NCBI GenBank assembly: GCA_020891255.1 | Contig: BQFW01000005.1 | Span: 1,302,001 to 1,366,000, forward strand | Direction: 5' to 3' | DNA length: 64,000 nt | Source of the DNA: Entomortierella parvispora E1425 | Lineage: Eukaryota > Fungi > Mortierellomycota | Shown here: positions 60,634-64,000 of the stretch, piece by piece | How positions within the stretch are numbered: position 1 is the stretch's first letter | Layout: every line of letters begins with the position of its first letter | The notes under the pieces: model-generated | Told to the model about the DNA's origin: nothing | The model's input: only the letters and a program-made list of their open reading frames with translations | The model's database searches: none | Made by a program: the position numbers and the translations under genes

Positions 60634-62613
60634 GCGATGCCGCTCTCTCCTTACGCGTGAGAAACGCATGTGACCCAAAACAGCCATCAGTTTTGTCCTG
60701 TTATCTGTGTTATATTTTTGTGCCTGCTTGAATGTCGTGTACATTGCTGTCAACAAACAGACAAATCCCGTTCTGCCGTTATCCGATTCTCTTGTGTGTT
60801 TGTCTCCAGGGGTCTGCCACCCTTTTTTTTGCCCATCGTTAAGTCGACTAGATTGAAGAACACAGACGACAAGTAAACATGTTATCCTTAGCTACGTGAA
60901 GAATAGAACACCGCAATCTTTTCCCCCCAAACGCTGCTCATTCAAAACTGGTTATATAGATTCAATGATGAGGGCGTAGGGTAGCGGGCGAGGAGCTGCA
61001 GTACAGACCGACAAACAGGCACCTAAAATTTCATCGGTATCCACCAGACGGCCAACAAATAGACCCCTCTGGGAACTTTGTGGACGATTCGCTAATTTGA
61101 AGTAACTGAGAGGTTGAAAGGTAGCAGAGCACCCCAGAAAAAGTAGTTCCGCTTGACCGCTATTGGTTGTTATCCGATGCTCTTGTTTTTTCCATCTGCC
61201 CCATCCTTGTGGTTTGCTCTTGTTTGTTTGTCTTCTCTGACGAAAGGGCCGACAAATAGACGCGTCTTTGGGAAGTGTCTTCACATATCGCTGCGAACGC
61301 GCCCATGTACCTCTGAACTTTAAACTTCACCCCCTGAACTTTAAAGAGCTAGAGCACAGCTGAACGACAAATAAGGAGCTGCTGGCGCCGACCGACAACA
61401 TAGACATATCCGGCCGCAAGATATGGGAGAAAAAACAAAGGGAAAAGAAAGTTTGCATGGCTGTTCTGACACAATGTCAACGCAGAGGCAGAAATGAAAG
61501 GAAAAGAAGTTTGCCTGGTCGCTCACAAATCTACTGAATAGAACGTGTATATAACTGAGGTCCATCTGTACAGCTCCCCCTCGCTTTATCCCACCTCAAA
61601 CATGAAATCGTCAGTTAAAAAAGTCACCAATGCAGTTGCTCTTTTCATTCTGCTTTCCTCACACCTAGATCTCAAATCAAGACATGAGATCATAACATTA
61701 GTGAGCTCCCCTTCAACGAATGGATATGGTGGCTTATGGCTCCCGCACTATCCTAGCAATTCGACCACTCTTATCACTATCATGTGTACGATTGTGGTCA
61801 TACACCAATGGTTTTCGTGTGAAGCAGACGATATGCTTGATTTTCATTTTACACTCTTAATTTCAAGTTACGCCTTTGTCGTAGTTTGCACAGTAGTAAG
61901 TCCGCGTAACTTTGAGTAGGAAATGATGTCATATTACCACTCCACTCATCAAATAACATCGGTCGATTGAATATTGCCGCTAGTTTCGCATTCAACTACC
62001 TTTCTTTTTATTCATGTGCGTGGTAGGAGCCATCGTAATCTCTGTAATTGTCTTTCCAGAAGATTATGACGGTTCAGAGACGTGGAGAATTCGAATATTC
62101 CTTCTTCTTCCGTTGGATGTCATTATCTCGCTTGTTTCTGCGTGGCATTACCATCACATAGCCTACAGTTTTTACACAAATCCTTTGGTCCGCATTACCT
62201 ACTTTCTCATTATCCTATATAAGATTATTGGAAATGAAAGACCCCTCTTTGTGGGATCCCGAAGGACACGAGCTGTTTGTAAGTAATTTGAATTAGAGAA
62301 GTGCAACGATCCGCAAACCAAGAAATACTTCAATTTGAAAACTGAGCAGCCTCTTTTATTCCAGTGTTTTGCATTTTTTGCTTTAGTTCTACTCTGATGT
62401 CATTCAATTAAAATGAGGAAGCCGGAGGCGACTCAGCTCGTCAGTGGGATTGTGTTCGGATCGTATATAGAGAGGGAGAATGCTCGCACGAAGGTCATAG
62501 AGGCGTTTTTTTATTATTGAACTTATACTATTGGAAGTGTCTATTTGTCGTCCGATTCGACATCTCCTTCCTTGTCGTCCGATGCTCTTATTTGTCGTCC
62601 AGATTTCTGCACC

Positions 62614-62726
62614 GTTGCAATAGGAGTATCGAGGGTGGAGTGGAGACAAGAAGTGAGTTTTATTATATTGCAAGTTTCTAGCTTTTGTAGGTACACATCG
62701 CGTGATGTCACCGTATTCCTGTTACA
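62614..62726 (-). repeat. 3' LTR (short or truncated) of the Ty3/Gypsy element
   Basis: Starts TGTAAC at 62726 right after the PPT (62727-62738); the first ~35 nt match 55110-55143; abuts a truncated MITE TIR near 62614. Confidence 0.6.
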
Positions 62727-62736
62727 CCTTCCCCTT

Positions 62737-64000
62737 TTAAAAAATGATACCGTGCTGCTCTTTGAAGGTTGTGACCAAGTCCATGCAGTTGTCCAAGTTG
62801 CTTACTGGGAGCCATTCGTCAGCTTCTCTGCCGTAGCCTTTGAATGACACTAGGAACTGGTGTTGTCTGCGGTAGAAGCGGTACTTTAAAATTTCGTCCA
62901 CTTCATACTCCTCTTCGCCGTCAATTACAGTGGGATCCACGGGGGCAGGAGCTCGAATGCCGAGTGACTCCGGGGACGGCAAATAGGGTCGAAAGGTATC
63001 AACGTGGAAGACGTCATGGATTTTGTAGAATGGTGGCAGCTCGACGCGGAAGGTGACAGGTGAGTGTTGCTCCAAAAGTGTGAACGGGCCAAGGAATTGA
63101 GGTCGAAGTTTATCGGCTGGTCTGATACTGTCGGCAGGGATGGTGATATTGGTGGCACGCAGCAGGACCTTATCGCCAACCTTGTACTTGTGATCCCGTC
63201 GTCGCTTGTTTGCCTGTTGCTCCTGATGATCCTGAGCACGCTGCAGAGCATCCTGGGCCAGGGCAAGGGTGGTCGCCTGCTCAGTCAGGAAGGTATCGAC
63301 AGTGGGGACTGAGCTGCTGGGTTTACCGAGGAGAGCGGTGGGGAGACGAGGGTGCTGGCCAGAGTTGAGGAAGAACGGCGAGTATCCCGTGGATGCATTG
63401 ACAGCGTTGTTATAGGCGAATTCCAGTGACGGAAGGAGCTGGTCCCAGTTAGACTGCTTGTTGTCAATAAACGCTCTCAACATAGTCTTCAGCGTCTTGT
63501 TCATAACCTCTGTCTGCCCATCCGTCTGTGGGTGGTAGGCGGTTGACAGTGCAAGTTTGACATCCATTAGCCTGTGCAACTCTTGCCAGAATCTACTAGT
63601 GAATCGAGTGTCGCGGTCCGAGATGATGGATGTTGGTGTGCCATGCAGCTTAAAGATGTTGTCAAAAAACTGGTGGGCGACGTCGACGGCTGTGGCAGAG
63701 GTAGTACTGGGGACGAAGTGAGCTTGCTTGGTCAGCTTGTCGACAAACACTGTGATGGCGTCAAAATTTCTAGCTGTGGGCGGAAGAGGGCCGATGAAGT
63801 CCATGGTGACTACCTCCCAACGTTGCGAAGGAATGGGTAGCGGTTGCAAGAGTCCAGCTGGTCGATCCTGTGAGTCCTTGTTCCTTTGACACTTCTCGCA
63901 GGTTGCTACATACTGCTGGGTATCCTTGGCGATGTGGGGCCAATATACGAAACGGCGCAGGTTGTCGTAAGTCTTTTGAAAACCAAAGTGTCCAGCAGTG
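62737..64000 (-). mobile_element. Ty3/Gypsy chromovirus pol, integrase plus chromodomain; runs off the window end
   Basis: Open frame: CEKCQ (Zn finger), VTMDFIGPLP (D), IISDRDTRF (D), DGQTEVMN (E), QFLGPF (GPF/Y), EEYEVDEIL...FLVSFKGYG...WLP (chromodomain), followed by PPT. Confidence 0.95.

Overview
Intron-containing fungal genomic DNA; gene content suggests Mortierellaceae (inference). The first ~46 kb is mostly host genes: a coiled-coil protein, a kelch membrane protein, a small mitochondrial-type membrane protein, an MTH1-like Nudix hydrolase, a Mortierella-type LRR protein, a Fun30/SMARCAD1 remodeler, a division-1 chitin synthase and a three-copy cluster of small Cys-rich proteins. Interspersed are a PIF1 helicase relic, an F-box pseudogene and an ~888-bp tandem duplication. 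From ~47 kb the window is mobile DNA. The main finding is a ~7.9-kb Mutator-like (MULE) element carrying a spliced DDE-SWIM transposase (minus strand) and, head-to-head with it, a spliced ~1,310-aa protein (plus strand). This protein fuses an N-terminal FEN1/XPG-type PIN nuclease to a C-terminal Fanzor1 (eukaryotic TnpB-like, RNA-guided RuvC) nuclease. Both active sites look complete, and a hairpin-rich ~190-nt segment follows the stop codon where an omega RNA is expected. Every reading-frame break I found in the element is a 1-nt slip in a homopolymer. Downstream are two pieces of a Ty3/Gypsy chromovirus, a secreted 12-Cys peptide precursor and a ~5.9-kb inverted duplication built from nested MITEs, one with a near-perfect 9-bp TSD. 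All assignments come from reading motifs by eye; no searches were run.
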